From assembly GCA_021774575.1 (NCBI GenBank), contig JAJFIX010000023.1, positions 4,166 through 68,165 of the forward strand: 64,000 nt of DNA. The letters run 5' to 3'. This stretch comes from Alphaproteobacteria bacterium (GTDB lineage Bacteria; Pseudomonadota; Alphaproteobacteria; UBA6615). Each line of letters starts with the position of its first letter. Position 1 is the first letter of the stretch. This document shows, piece after piece, positions 37,511 through 46,299 of this stretch. Below the pieces are notes generated by a model that was not told the origin of the DNA, did no database searches, and was given only the letters and a program-made list of their open reading frames with translations. A program made the position numbers and the translations under genes.

Positions 37511-37813
37511 TTGCTCCTGACACCACGCGAAAAAGATAAACTCCTAATTTCGATGGCCGCCATCGTGGCCCGGCGCCGTCTTGAGCGGGGCGTCAAGCTG
37601 AACCATCCCGAAGCGATTGCCCTGATTTCAGATTTCGTCGTCGAGGGCGCGCGCGATGGACGCGCGGTTGCCGAATTGATGCGTGACGGCGCCACGGTAT
37701 TGACCAGGGACCAGGTCATGGAGGGGGTTGCCGAAATGATACGCGACATTCAAGTCGAAGCGACCTTTCCCGACGGGACCAAATTGGTCACCGTTCATGA
37801 ACCAATTCGTTGA
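37511..37813 (+). CDS. ureA: urease subunit gamma
   Basis: (M)[38 protein letters not shown] is the canonical UreA N-terminus. A TTG start at 37511 gives the canonical 100 aa (GAGAGGGTGG upstream). GTG at 37502 is an alternative. The ATG at 37430 lies inside ureD. Confidence 0.9.
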   Translation: MLLTPREKDKLLISMAAIVARRRLERGVKLNHPEAIALISDFVVEGARDGRAVAELMRDGATVLTRDQVMEGVAEMIRDIQVEATFPDGTKLVTVHEPIR

Positions 37814-37826
37814 GTGAGGTGAGCCA

Positions 37827-38150
37827 ATGATACCGGGGGAATTAATCATCGCCGGCGGCGAAATAACGCTGAATGAAGGTCGCCCGACCTCTGTTTTAAC
37901 TGTCACCAATATGGGAGATCGACCAGTTCAAGTCGGATCGCATTATCATTTTTTTGAGGTCAATGCTGGGTTGGAATTTGACCGCGATAGAGCGCGTGGC
38001 ATGCGCCTGGATATTCCTGCCGGAACGGCGGTCCGGTTCGAACCGGGTCAGACCCGAGACGTTCAACTCGTCGCTATCGGCGGGACGCGGATCATTCATG
38101 GGTTTAACAATCTCGTCGGTGGCCCATTGGAGGGTAAGGACCGTGGCTAA
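37827..38150 (+). CDS. ureB: urease subunit beta
   Basis: [21 protein letters not shown]...[17 protein letters not shown] is the canonical UreB sequence. Confidence 0.9.
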   Translation: MIPGELIIAGGEITLNEGRPTSVLTVTNMGDRPVQVGSHYHFFEVNAGLEFDRDRARGMRLDIPAGTAVRFEPGQTRDVQLVAIGGTRIIHGFNNLVGGPLEGKDRG

Positions 38151-39855
38151 TAAAATCGATCGCGCTGCCTATGCCCGCATGTTCGGCCCGACGGTCGGCG
38201 ACAAGGTTCGACTGGCCGACACCGAGCTGTTTATTGAAGTTGAAGAAGACCGAACGCTCTATGGCGAAGAAGTAAAATTTGGCGGTGGCAAAGTCATTCG
38301 TGACGGTATGGGCCAAAGCCAGGTCTCGCGCGCCGACGGTGCGATGGATACGGTTATTACCAACGCCCTCATTCTCGATCATTGGGGGATCGTCAAGGCG
38401 GATATTGGATTGCGTGACGGGCGAATCGCGGCAATTGGCAAAGCCGGAAATCCCGATACCCAGGACGCGGTCGATATTATTATCGGACCCGGCACGGAAA
38501 TAATCGCTGGCGAAGGCAAAATCGTTACGGCGGGTGGGCTTGATGTCCACATTCATTTCATTTCCCCCCAGCAAATAGACGAAGCCCTCTATTCGGGGAT
38601 TACCACGATGTTGGGCGGCGGCACGGGGCCGGCTGCGGGGACCAATGCGACCACCTGCACACCAGGCGCCTGGCATATCGGGCGGATGCTGCAAGCCGGC
38701 GAGGCCTTCCCGATGAATTTGGGGTTTTACGGTAAGGGCAATGCGTCGCAACCGACCGCCCTTGAGGAGCAGGTACTCGCCGGTGCCTGTGGCCTCAAAC
38801 TTCACGAGGATTGGGGCACGACACCGGCGGCGATCAGCCAGTGTCTTGATGTTGCCGACGCGATGGATGTGCAGGTCCTGATTCACACCGACACGCTGAA
38901 CGAATCCGGTTTCGTCGAAAATACCTTGGCCGCTTTTGAGGGGCGAACCATCCACACCTTCCACACCGAAGGCGCCGGGGGCGGTCATGCGCCCGATATC
39001 ATCAAAGTTTGCGGCGAACAGCATGTTCTACCATCCTCGACAAATCCAACTCGGCCCTTCACCGTCAATACCCTTGAAGAGCATCTCGATATGCTGATGG
39101 TTTGCCACCATCTCGATCCCCGTATTCCCGAGGATGTGGCCTTTGCCGAGAGCCGCATTCGTAAAGAAACGATTGCGGCTGAAGATATTCTCCACGACCT
39201 TGGCGCTTTTTCCATGATCGCGTCGGACAGTCAGGCGATGGGCCGGGTCGGCGAAGTTATCATTCGCACCTGGCAGACAGCCGACAAAATGAAGCGTCAG
39301 CGCGGCCCATTGCCCGGGGAAACCGGCGAAAACGACAATCTTCGGGCCAAGCGCTATGTCGCCAAATATACGATCAACCCGGCGATCGCCCAGGGTATCG
39401 ACCGCCATGTCGGTTCGGTAGAAGTTGGCAAATTGGCCGACTTGGTTATTTGGGCTCCGGAATTTTTCGGTGTCAAACCCGAGGCTGTATTGAAATGTGG
39501 GAGCATTGCCGCCGCGCCGATGGGCGATCCGAACGCGTCGATACCGACCCCTCAGCCGGTTCATTATCGACCGATGTTTGCCGCCTTCGGCCGGTCGAAT
39601 ATTGCCAGCTCCGTTACCTTCGTCAGTGCCGCGTCGATGAATGAGGGCTTGGATAAACGCCTCGGCTTAACCCGCGAACTTCTACCGGTCGCCAATACCC
39701 GTGGCGGGATTTCCAAGGCGTCGATGATCCATAATGACGCGACACCGCAGATTGAGGTCGACCCGGAAACATACGAAGTTCGGGCCGATGGCGAGTTGCT
39801 GACCTGCGAACCGGCAGAGATATTGCCAATGGCGCAACGCTATTTCCTCTTTTAA
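38143..39855 (+). CDS. ureC: urease subunit alpha
   Basis: A GTG at 38143 overlaps the ureB stop and gives 570 aa starting (M)[28 protein letters not shown]. Ni-site motifs [15 protein letters not shown] and MVCHHL are present. Confidence 0.9.
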   Translation: MANKIDRAAYARMFGPTVGDKVRLADTELFIEVEEDRTLYGEEVKFGGGKVIRDGMGQSQVSRADGAMDTVITNALILDHWGIVKADIGLRDGRIAAIGKAGNPDTQDAVDIIIGPGTEIIAGEGKIVTAGGLDVHIHFISPQQIDEALYSGITTMLGGGTGPAAGTNATTCTPGAWHIGRMLQAGEAFPMNLGFYGKGNASQPTALEEQVLAGACGLKLHEDWGTTPAAISQCLDVADAMDVQVLIHTDTLNESGFVENTLAAFEGRTIHTFHTEGAGGGHAPDIIKVCGEQHVLPSSTNPTRPFTVNTLEEHLDMLMVCHHLDPRIPEDVAFAESRIRKETIAAEDILHDLGAFSMIASDSQAMGRVGEVIIRTWQTADKMKRQRGPLPGETGENDNLRAKRYVAKYTINPAIAQGIDRHVGSVEVGKLADLVIWAPEFFGVKPEAVLKCGSIAAAPMGDPNASIPTPQPVHYRPMFAAFGRSNIASSVTFVSAASMNEGLDKRLGLTRELLPVANTRGGISKASMIHNDATPQIEVDPETYEVRADGELLTCEPAEILPMAQRYFLF

Positions 39856-39869
39856 TTGATGGATTTTTG

Positions 39870-41072
39870 ATGACCGGAATGGAACGCGCACTTCGATATT
39901 ATCCACCCGGTGACTGGCCCGCCGATCAGGCGTTGGAACATGTCACCCTCGATTTCGATCGACGTCATCGACGCCGGATCCGCCTGGTTTCAGATCGGGA
40001 CAAGCCCTATTTATTAGACCTGGAGAAGGCGGTGGCGATGACCAATGGCGGTGGGTTGGCGCTTGAGGGCGGCGGTTGGTTAGCCGTTCGCTCGGCGGCC
40101 GAACCGTTGCTTGAAATTAGAGCGCGTGACGATGCGCACCGCACCCGCATCGCATGGCATCTTGGTAATCGGCATTTACCGGTGCAAATTTGCGGTGACG
40201 CCTTGCGAATACGCGACGATCATGTGATCGCCGATATGGTGCGCAAACTGGACGGCGACGTTACCGCCTTGGACGCTGCCTTTGATCCCGAGGGCGGCGC
40301 CTATGGGGTCGGTCAGGTGCAAGGTCACAGTCATGGGAATGGGAATGGGAAAGGCCACGACCATTCAGCTGCGGCGGCGCCGACGACTGATGTCCTTTAC
40401 AAGCTTCTGACTTGGGTATCGCCATCCTATCCCATTGGGGCCTACACCTACTCCCATGGGCTCGAATATGCGGTCGAAACCGGCCGCGTGTCTGATTTGA
40501 CCAGTTTGTTTTCCTGGCTCGAGGCGCTTATCGGAAATGGCGGTGCCTGGATCGACGCCGTCATGCTGGCCCGCGCATGGGTTGCTACTAACAGAAGTGA
40601 CGAGCCGAAATTGCTCGAAATTGCCATTTGGGCCGCCGCCTTTCGCGCCACTTCCGAGACGTCACTGGAAGCTATAGCCCAGGGGCGCGCCTTTGCCGAT
40701 GTGACCTGCTCGGTGTGGGATACGCCCGTACTTGGCGCGCTCTGCGAACGCCATGATGGGGCTGTTACCCATCCCGTGGCGATGGGGATCGCCTGCGCAG
40801 AGCATAAGATTGGTCTTGGCGAGGCGTTGAACGCCTATCTTCATGGGTTCCTTGCCAACCTTGTTTCGGCGTCAATCAGGCTGGGAGTTATCGGGCAGAG
40901 TGACGGGCAGATGGCAATTAAAATGGGAGAAAATGTGGTTGCCGAAACAGTGAAGCGAGCCAAAGAAATGTCGGATGGTGAAAATTTTGAAGCTTTGGGG
41001 ACAGGGACGGTAATGGCCGATTGGACATCGATGATGCATGAAAACCAATATTCAAGGCTGTTCCGGTCATGA
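39870..41072 (+). CDS. ureEF: UreE-UreF fusion protein (urease accessory)
   Basis: aa 1-166 are UreE-like (GNRHLPVQI, His-rich tail [14 protein letters not shown]). They run without stop or in-frame start codon into a UreF-like domain ([25 protein letters not shown]...). Single 400-aa ORF. Confidence 0.8.
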   Translation: MTGMERALRYYPPGDWPADQALEHVTLDFDRRHRRRIRLVSDRDKPYLLDLEKAVAMTNGGGLALEGGGWLAVRSAAEPLLEIRARDDAHRTRIAWHLGNRHLPVQICGDALRIRDDHVIADMVRKLDGDVTALDAAFDPEGGAYGVGQVQGHSHGNGNGKGHDHSAAAAPTTDVLYKLLTWVSPSYPIGAYTYSHGLEYAVETGRVSDLTSLFSWLEALIGNGGAWIDAVMLARAWVATNRSDEPKLLEIAIWAAAFRATSETSLEAIAQGRAFADVTCSVWDTPVLGALCERHDGAVTHPVAMGIACAEHKIGLGEALNAYLHGFLANLVSASIRLGVIGQSDGQMAIKMGENVVAETVKRAKEMSDGENFEALGTGTVMADWTSMMHENQYSRLFRS

Positions 41073-41704
41073 CTGGCGGATCGAATGGCTTCTCAGGTCC
41101 GCTGCGCGTTGGTATTGGCGGCCCGGTGGGTACGGGAAAGACGGCGCTGGTCGATGCATTATGTAAAGGCTTGCGTGACCGCTATGATATCGCCGCAATC
41201 ACCAACGATATCTACACCCGTGAAGATGCCGAGTTTCTGACCCGGTCCGGTGCGCTTTCCCCCGATCGGATTGCCGGGGTCGAGACCGGCGGGTGTCCCC
41301 ATACGGCAATCCGCGAGGATGCGTCGATCAATCTCCTTGCCATCGCCGATATGAATAAGCGATTTCCCGATTTGGAACTAATTTTTATCGAGTCCGGTGG
41401 CGATAATTTAGCTGCTACTTTTTCGCCCGAACTGGCTGATTTGACGATTTATGTGATCGATGTTTCAGCCGGCGACAAAATTCCGCGTAAAGGCGGACCG
41501 GGTATTACCCGGTCCGACCTGTTGGTCATCAATAAGATCGACCTTGCCCCCCATGTTGGCGCCGACTTAGGTGTCATGGAGAGGGACGCCAAGAAAATGC
41601 GCGGCGACCGTCCCACCCTTTTTGCCAATATCAAAGCGGGCGCCGGGGTTGAAGAAATCGCCGATTTTATCTCAACGACCGGCGGGTTGGGTAATCAAGT
41701 CTGA
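41069..41704 (+). CDS. ureG: urease accessory GTPase UreG
   Basis: P-loop [16 protein letters not shown], and NKIDLAP (NKxD). ATGA overlap with the upstream gene. Confidence 0.9.
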   Translation: MTGGSNGFSGPLRVGIGGPVGTGKTALVDALCKGLRDRYDIAAITNDIYTREDAEFLTRSGALSPDRIAGVETGGCPHTAIREDASINLLAIADMNKRFPDLELIFIESGGDNLAATFSPELADLTIYVIDVSAGDKIPRKGGPGITRSDLLVINKIDLAPHVGADLGVMERDAKKMRGDRPTLFANIKAGAGVEEIADFISTTGGLGNQV

Positions 41705-41705
41705 G

Positions 41706-42596
41706 TCATGACCCTGAACCCGCACCTTCGATCTTGTCTTGGGTTTTTGTCGCAAAGTCGTCGGCGTCATGGCGTTCGCGAAGCTGTTCTTCGAGTGGGC
41801 CGTTGGCGCGGTTAACCATCCGTCCACGTTGCACGGCTTCCCGCTGCCAAATTTCATCGGCCCATCTGCCCAGGTTTTTGTAAGATGGTGCGTCCAGAAA
41901 TTCTGCCGCGCTGTAAACTTTGTTCAAAATGAGCGCGCCGTACCACGGCCAGATGGCGATGTCGGCAATGGTGTATTCATCACCGCACATATATTGATTG
42001 CCGGCCAAACGACGGTCGAGCAGGTCTAGTTGGCGCTTTACTTCCATGGTAAAACGGTCGATGCAATATTCGATCTTTACCGGGGCGTAGGTATAGAAAT
42101 GGCCAAACCCACCACCAAGATACGGGGTGGCCCCCATTTGCCAGAAAAGCCATGACAAACATTCGGCGCGCAGAGCCGGGTCACTGGGCAAGAACGCGCC
42201 ATGTTTTTCGGCAAGATAAAGCAAGATAGAGCCGGATTCAAAGACACGGGTGGGTGTTGGCGTGCTGTGATCCATCAGTGCCGGAATTTTGGAATTTGGG
42301 TTAATATCGACAAACCCGCTGCCAAATTGCTCGCCATCATCGATGCTGATCCGCCAGGCATCATATTCGGCCTCGCCAATGCCTAACGCCAGCAGCTCTT
42401 CAAGCATTATCGTGACCTTCACGCCGTTCGGCGTTGACAGCGAGTAAAGTTGCAAAGGGTGTTTGCCGACAGGTAGCTCCTGATCGTGAGTAGCACCGGC
42501 AACCGGGCGGTTGATTTTTGCAAACTTACCCCCGTTCTCAGTCCCCATCTCCCATTTCCAGACCTTGGCCGGCTCGTAGGGTAAGTTCGTGTCCAT
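41706..42596 (-). CDS. yghU: Nu-class glutathione S-transferase, YghU-like
   Basis: Collinear with my recollection of E. coli YghU (PAKVWKWE, GGKFAKINRPVAGATH, LPVGKHPLQLYSL, FESGSILLYLAEK, GGGFGHFYTYAPVKIEY, DEYTIADIAIWPW). The ATG at 42596 has GGAG upstream, and 42608 is an alternative. Confidence 0.85.
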   Translation of the reverse strand: MDTNLPYEPAKVWKWEMGTENGGKFAKINRPVAGATHDQELPVGKHPLQLYSLSTPNGVKVTIMLEELLALGIGEAEYDAWRISIDDGEQFGSGFVDINPNSKIPALMDHSTPTPTRVFESGSILLYLAEKHGAFLPSDPALRAECLSWLFWQMGATPYLGGGFGHFYTYAPVKIEYCIDRFTMEVKRQLDLLDRRLAGNQYMCGDEYTIADIAIWPWYGALILNKVYSAAEFLDAPSYKNLGRWADEIWQREAVQRGRMVNRANGPLEEQLRERHDADDFATKTQDKIEGAGSGS

Positions 42597-42819
42597 TTTT
42601 AACTCCATTCCGATTACGCTGGATCATTGTTTGCTCTAGGCGATCATTCTTCCGGGTGTTTTTTACCTGGTGTGATTGACCGAAGCTAGCCCGCAGTCAA
42701 ATTTCAATGACACGCGAGGGGCGGTGCAAGTAGCTTGAGCCGTGCGCGGATTTCGTTCAGGTTCAGGTCAGGTTTATGCGCTATGGATTCTGTCTCCCTA
42801 GGGCGAAAAGGAACGTTTG

Positions 42820-43479
42820 ATGCGGGTTCTGTTAATTGAGGATGACGAGATCCTAGGCCAAGCCGTGCGCGATCAAATTGCTGCCGACGGGCACGCAGTC
42901 GATTGGATGCAGCGATTGGATGATGCCGAAGTGAGCGCGCGCAGCGTGGCCTATGACCTAGTGCTGCTTGACCTATTGCTTCCCGACGGACTCGGGCTTG
43001 ATTTCTTGCAGCAGCGCAGAAAGGCCGGTGACGTGACACCGGTCATTATCCTTACGGCGCGCGACCAGATTTCCGACCGCATTGCCGGGTTGAACGCTGG
43101 GGCCGACGATTACCTGGTCAAACCGTTTGACCTTTCTGAATTGACGGCTCGGGTGGCCGCTGTGGCCAGACGCTACGCCGGCAACCCGAACCCACTTGTC
43201 CACCAGGGGGATCTTGAAATTGATCTGGCGGCCCGTGCGGTATATCGGGCGGGTCAGCTCGCCGATCTGACGGCGCGCGAATGGACGCTCTTGGAAGCCT
43301 TGCTTCAGCGACCGGGGACAATTTTATCCAAGAGCCAACTCGAAGATCGCCTGTATGAATTTGGCGGAGAGGTGGAGAGCAACACGATCGAGGTACATGT
43401 TAGCCGCCTCCGTAAGAAACTGGGACACGACCATATCGAGACTGTGCGCGGCATGGGTTACCGAATGGGGCAAACATGA
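42820..43479 (+). CDS. OmpR-family response regulator
   Basis: Receiver domain (MRVLLIEDD, DLVLLDLLLPDG, KPF) plus a winged-helix output domain (EVHVSRLRKKLG...IETVRGMGYR). Confidence 0.9.
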   Translation: MRVLLIEDDEILGQAVRDQIAADGHAVDWMQRLDDAEVSARSVAYDLVLLDLLLPDGLGLDFLQQRRKAGDVTPVIILTARDQISDRIAGLNAGADDYLVKPFDLSELTARVAAVARRYAGNPNPLVHQGDLEIDLAARAVYRAGQLADLTAREWTLLEALLQRPGTILSKSQLEDRLYEFGGEVESNTIEVHVSRLRKKLGHDHIETVRGMGYRMGQT

Positions 43480-44807
43480 CAAAGTCTCCAAGCCTGCGGC
43501 GCCAACTCAGCATTGGGATTGCTGCGGGGATCAGTTTCATCTGGATCATTGCGACCGTCGCTGCCGGCCTGATCATTCGCCATGAGCTAGACGAACTTTT
43601 TGACAGCGGTCTTCAGGAAACAGCACAACGCATCTTGCCCCTAGCCGTGGTTGATATCTCGAACCGGGAAGGCCCGATCTCGGCGCAGCGTAGCCCGACG
43701 GTCGGAGTGCATGACGAATATCTGACTTATTTGGTCCGCGATCAATCCGGCAATATCTTGTTACAGTCGCATGACTCAGATCCGGCGACCTATCTTGGGG
43801 AACCGGTTTTGGGATTTCGCGATACGGCGACCCATCGTATCTACGGTGAAGCAGCGGTAAGCGGAACGATTATCGTTGAGGTAGCCGAGCCACTGGCACA
43901 TCGACGTGAAGCGACATTTGAAGCGACCCTTGCGTTTGTTGGTCCCCTTCTGCTCCTTCTGCCGATTAGTCTTCTGGGTGTATGGCGGCTCGTTTGGCAG
44001 AGCATGCGCCCGGTGTTGGCATTCCGAACGGAGGTCGAGGCGCGCGGGGGTGGTGATTTGTCGCCTGTTTCTACGGATAAATTATTTTCCGAAATTCGCC
44101 CGATTGGCCAGGCCGTAAACCAACTGATGGATCGACTGCGCAAGTCGCTCGAATCCGAGCGCAGCTTTGCGGCAAACAGCGCCCACGAGCTGCGAACACC
44201 GATTGCAGCGTCCCTTGCCCAAACCCAGCGATTGATTGCTGAGGTTCCGGCGGGACCACTGCACGACCGAGCTGTCCGAATTGAGGCATCGCTACACCAT
44301 CTCGCCTCCTTGTCGGAAAAGCTCTTGCAGCTGGCAAGGGCCGAAGGCGGTGGCCTGCTGTCGGAATCGCGCCAGAATCTCGTATTGGCCCTCGAGCACC
44401 TTGTTGAAGATTTTCGGCAACAGCCGGAGAATCACAATCGTCTCAGCTTGACTGTTCCCATGTCTGGAGCGGCCATGTCGCGTATGGATTTAGACGCCTT
44501 TGCAATATTGGTCCGCAATATTATCGAGAACGCGCTGAAACATGGTAACCCCGACGAACCCATTGATATCAGTTTGTCCGACGATGGAGTGGTGCGTGTG
44601 GTTAACGCCGGTCCGGTGGTGGACGCTGGTTCGTTGGCGCAGCTAAAAAGCCGGTTCGAACGCGGTGGCACACAGGCCGGCGGGACAGGGCTTGGGCTGG
44701 CAATTGCCGACGCTATCGCGACGGGGGCAGGCGGCAGCCTTCTTCTCCTGTCGCCAGCCACGGACAGGCAGGAAGGATTTGAGGTCGTTCTGCAATTGCC
44801 ACAATGA
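43476..44807 (+). CDS. sensor histidine kinase (2 TM, HAMP, HisKA, HATPase_c)
   Basis: H-box FAANSAHELRTPIA, N-box NIIENALKHG, G-boxes GTGLGLAI. ATGA overlap with the regulator. Confidence 0.9.
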   Translation: MTKSPSLRRQLSIGIAAGISFIWIIATVAAGLIIRHELDELFDSGLQETAQRILPLAVVDISNREGPISAQRSPTVGVHDEYLTYLVRDQSGNILLQSHDSDPATYLGEPVLGFRDTATHRIYGEAAVSGTIIVEVAEPLAHRREATFEATLAFVGPLLLLLPISLLGVWRLVWQSMRPVLAFRTEVEARGGGDLSPVSTDKLFSEIRPIGQAVNQLMDRLRKSLESERSFAANSAHELRTPIAASLAQTQRLIAEVPAGPLHDRAVRIEASLHHLASLSEKLLQLARAEGGGLLSESRQNLVLALEHLVEDFRQQPENHNRLSLTVPMSGAAMSRMDLDAFAILVRNIIENALKHGNPDEPIDISLSDDGVVRVVNAGPVVDAGSLAQLKSRFERGGTQAGGTGLGLAIADAIATGAGGSLLLLSPATDRQEGFEVVLQLPQ

Positions 44808-44878
44808 GGTAGCGCGCAAGTCGACGATAGTCGGTGTCTATCTGCGGTCAAATGTATTTATTTTGCTGCCTTAATTTG

Positions 44879-44911
44879 GAACGCCCTCGCCCCTGAGGGG
44901 GCTTCGCGTTC
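44879..44911 (+). terminator. possible GC-rich hairpin downstream of the kinase gene
   Basis: GAACGC-CCTCGCCCC-TGA-GGGGGCTTC-GCGTTC forms outer and inner stems with an internal loop. No clear U-tract. Confidence 0.35.
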
Positions 44912-45088
44912 AAATTCATATCATCTCCAAAAACTAGATTGGCGTCGGGAATATCCCTGTGACCTTGCCGATATTCTACGGCTAACGAAGCAGTTTCGCA
45001 CCTGAATGAAAATAAATTTCTCCGTCAGGTTCCCTTCAGGAAGGGGTGCGATATTGCGGCATCATAATTCAAAATAGGAACTCGACAG

Positions 45089-45550
45089 ATGAAACTGAAA
45101 CTCACGATTGCCGCAATGCTGATGGGCCCTTTAGGGGCTGGCGCTGCTTACGCCGCCGATGATGATTGCTCCGTCCCGCTCGCCGATTGGCAGCCGACTG
45201 ACGCGGTGCAGCAGTTGGCCGATACACAAGGTTGGGACGTACAACAGATCCAGGTTGATTCCGGATGTTACGAAATTAGCGGATTGGACAGGCTAGGCCG
45301 AGCGATCGAGGTAACGTTGAACCCGGCGTCACTCGCGATCGTGGAGATTGGTCATGACGGAGATGACGGCCGTGGAAATGATGACCGTGACGACGATGGT
45401 CGTGACGACGATGGTCGTGACGATGATTTCGATCGCGATGATGATGACGACAACGACGACAATGACAATGATAATGACGACGACAATGACAATGACGACG
45501 ACAATGACAATGACAATGACAATGACGACGACGACGACGACGACGATTAA
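45089..45550 (+). CDS. secreted PepSY-domain protein with 64-aa poly-Asp/Asn/Arg tail
   Basis: Signal MKLKLTIAAMLMGPLGAGAAYA. PepSY-like core (WDVQQIQVDSGCYEISGLDRLGRAIEVTLNPASLAIVEI). The tail DGDDGRGNDDRDDDGRDDDGRDDDFDRDDDDDNDDNDNDNDDDNDNDDDNDNDNDNDDDDDDDD contains 42 Asp in 64 residues by my count. Confidence 0.7.
   Translation: MKLKLTIAAMLMGPLGAGAAYAADDDCSVPLADWQPTDAVQQLADTQGWDVQQIQVDSGCYEISGLDRLGRAIEVTLNPASLAIVEIGHDGDDGRGNDDRDDDGRDDDGRDDDFDRDDDDDNDDNDNDNDDDNDNDDDNDNDNDNDDDDDDDD
45356..45547 (+). repeat. low-complexity GAY/AAY codon tandem repeats (gacaatgac / gacgatggtcgtgac units)
   Basis: Direct reading shows gacgacgatggtcgtgac twice in tandem, then runs of gacaatgac, gacgacgac and similar, encoding the acidic tail. 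Confidence 0.85.
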
Positions 45551-45642
45551 TGCCGTCGCGGTGGTCTGCGATTCGGCACAAAATAGGCATTATCGCATCA
45601 CCGTGTAGCGGTCTTTTCATCGAATGGTTTTGGTGCATTTCC

Positions 45643-45672
45643 GTTGCCTCGCTCACTCCGGAGCGAGGCAAC
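45643..45672. other. perfect 12-bp stem / 6-nt loop hairpin in the intergenic region
   Basis: GTTGCCTCGCTC-ACTCCG-GAGCGAGGCAAC lies between the PepSY gene and the DUF2271 gene. No U-tract. Could be an attenuator or an RNA-stability/processing element. Confidence 0.5.
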
Positions 45673-45803
45673 ACCGGACCTTAACGCCACCGGATTTGCA
45701 ACCTGAACAGACGAGCAAAGCAATTTTCAAATTCCTTTCGGCGTCGCACCGATCTTTAACGTCGAAATGCATCGACGAAACCGTTTTGACTGGAGACCAA
45801 GCC

Positions 45804-46274
45804 ATGAAATCGCCTTTGGCAGCGTTGACCATAGCCACCACACTTGCCTTGCCAAGCCTAGCCATGGCTGGCCCAGTGACCCTCAGCACTGAAATGAATA
45901 GTTACGGTGGTGATGGCGCTTATCTCGTACTTTATGTGACCGATGCGGAGGGTGCTTACATCGGCACGCTCTGGATGTCGGGTGGCAAGTCGAAATATTA
46001 CAGCCATCTCAGTGATTGGACACGTGCATCAGGTGGTAACTTACAGGAAATCAATGGCATTACCGGCGCGAGCGTTGGCGCTGGCGCGACATTGAACGTA
46101 ACGCTGGAACTTGCCGACGCCCTGTTCGAGGCGGGGTACGAGCTGCACATAGATAGCTCGGTTGAGGACATGCGAGACGTTCCGTCAGAGATCGTCGTGC
46201 CCTTAACCGTCGAAGGCGCCGGCCAAGCTGTTACCGGCAGCCGATACATCAAATCCTTCACCTATGACCGGTAG
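45804..46274 (+). CDS. periplasmic DUF2271-like protein carrying an ApbE-type flavinylation motif
   Basis: Signal MKSPLAALTIATTLALPSLAMA. GDGAYLVLYVTDAEGAYIGTLWMSGGKSKYYSHLSDW is DUF2271-like as I recall the family. The NGITGASVG motif (TGAS at 46062-46073) fits the [S/T]GA[S/T] flavinylation site. Confidence 0.65.
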   Translation: MKSPLAALTIATTLALPSLAMAGPVTLSTEMNSYGGDGAYLVLYVTDAEGAYIGTLWMSGGKSKYYSHLSDWTRASGGNLQEINGITGASVGAGATLNVTLELADALFEAGYELHIDSSVEDMRDVPSEIVVPLTVEGAGQAVTGSRYIKSFTYDR

Positions 46275-46299
46275 GAATCTCTAACGAAGGACGGGTATC

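Noticed and set aside
38104-39024. A 306-aa minus-strand ORF opposite ureC. The same reasoning applies to 2958-3737 opposite the alpha/beta hydrolase and 5840-6442 opposite the ALDH.
   Set aside because: These are antisense to strongly recognisable enzymes and have no independent support.
45276-45674. His/Arg-rich (minus) and Met/Thr-rich (plus, 45348-45608) ORFs over the acidic-tail repeats. I also considered whether the repeats could be a CRISPR or minisatellite.
   Set aside because: They are alternative-frame readings of GAY/AAY codon repeats. The in-frame PepSY gene has a signal peptide and a folded domain. The repeats are 3-18 nt codon units without spacers, so this is not CRISPR.
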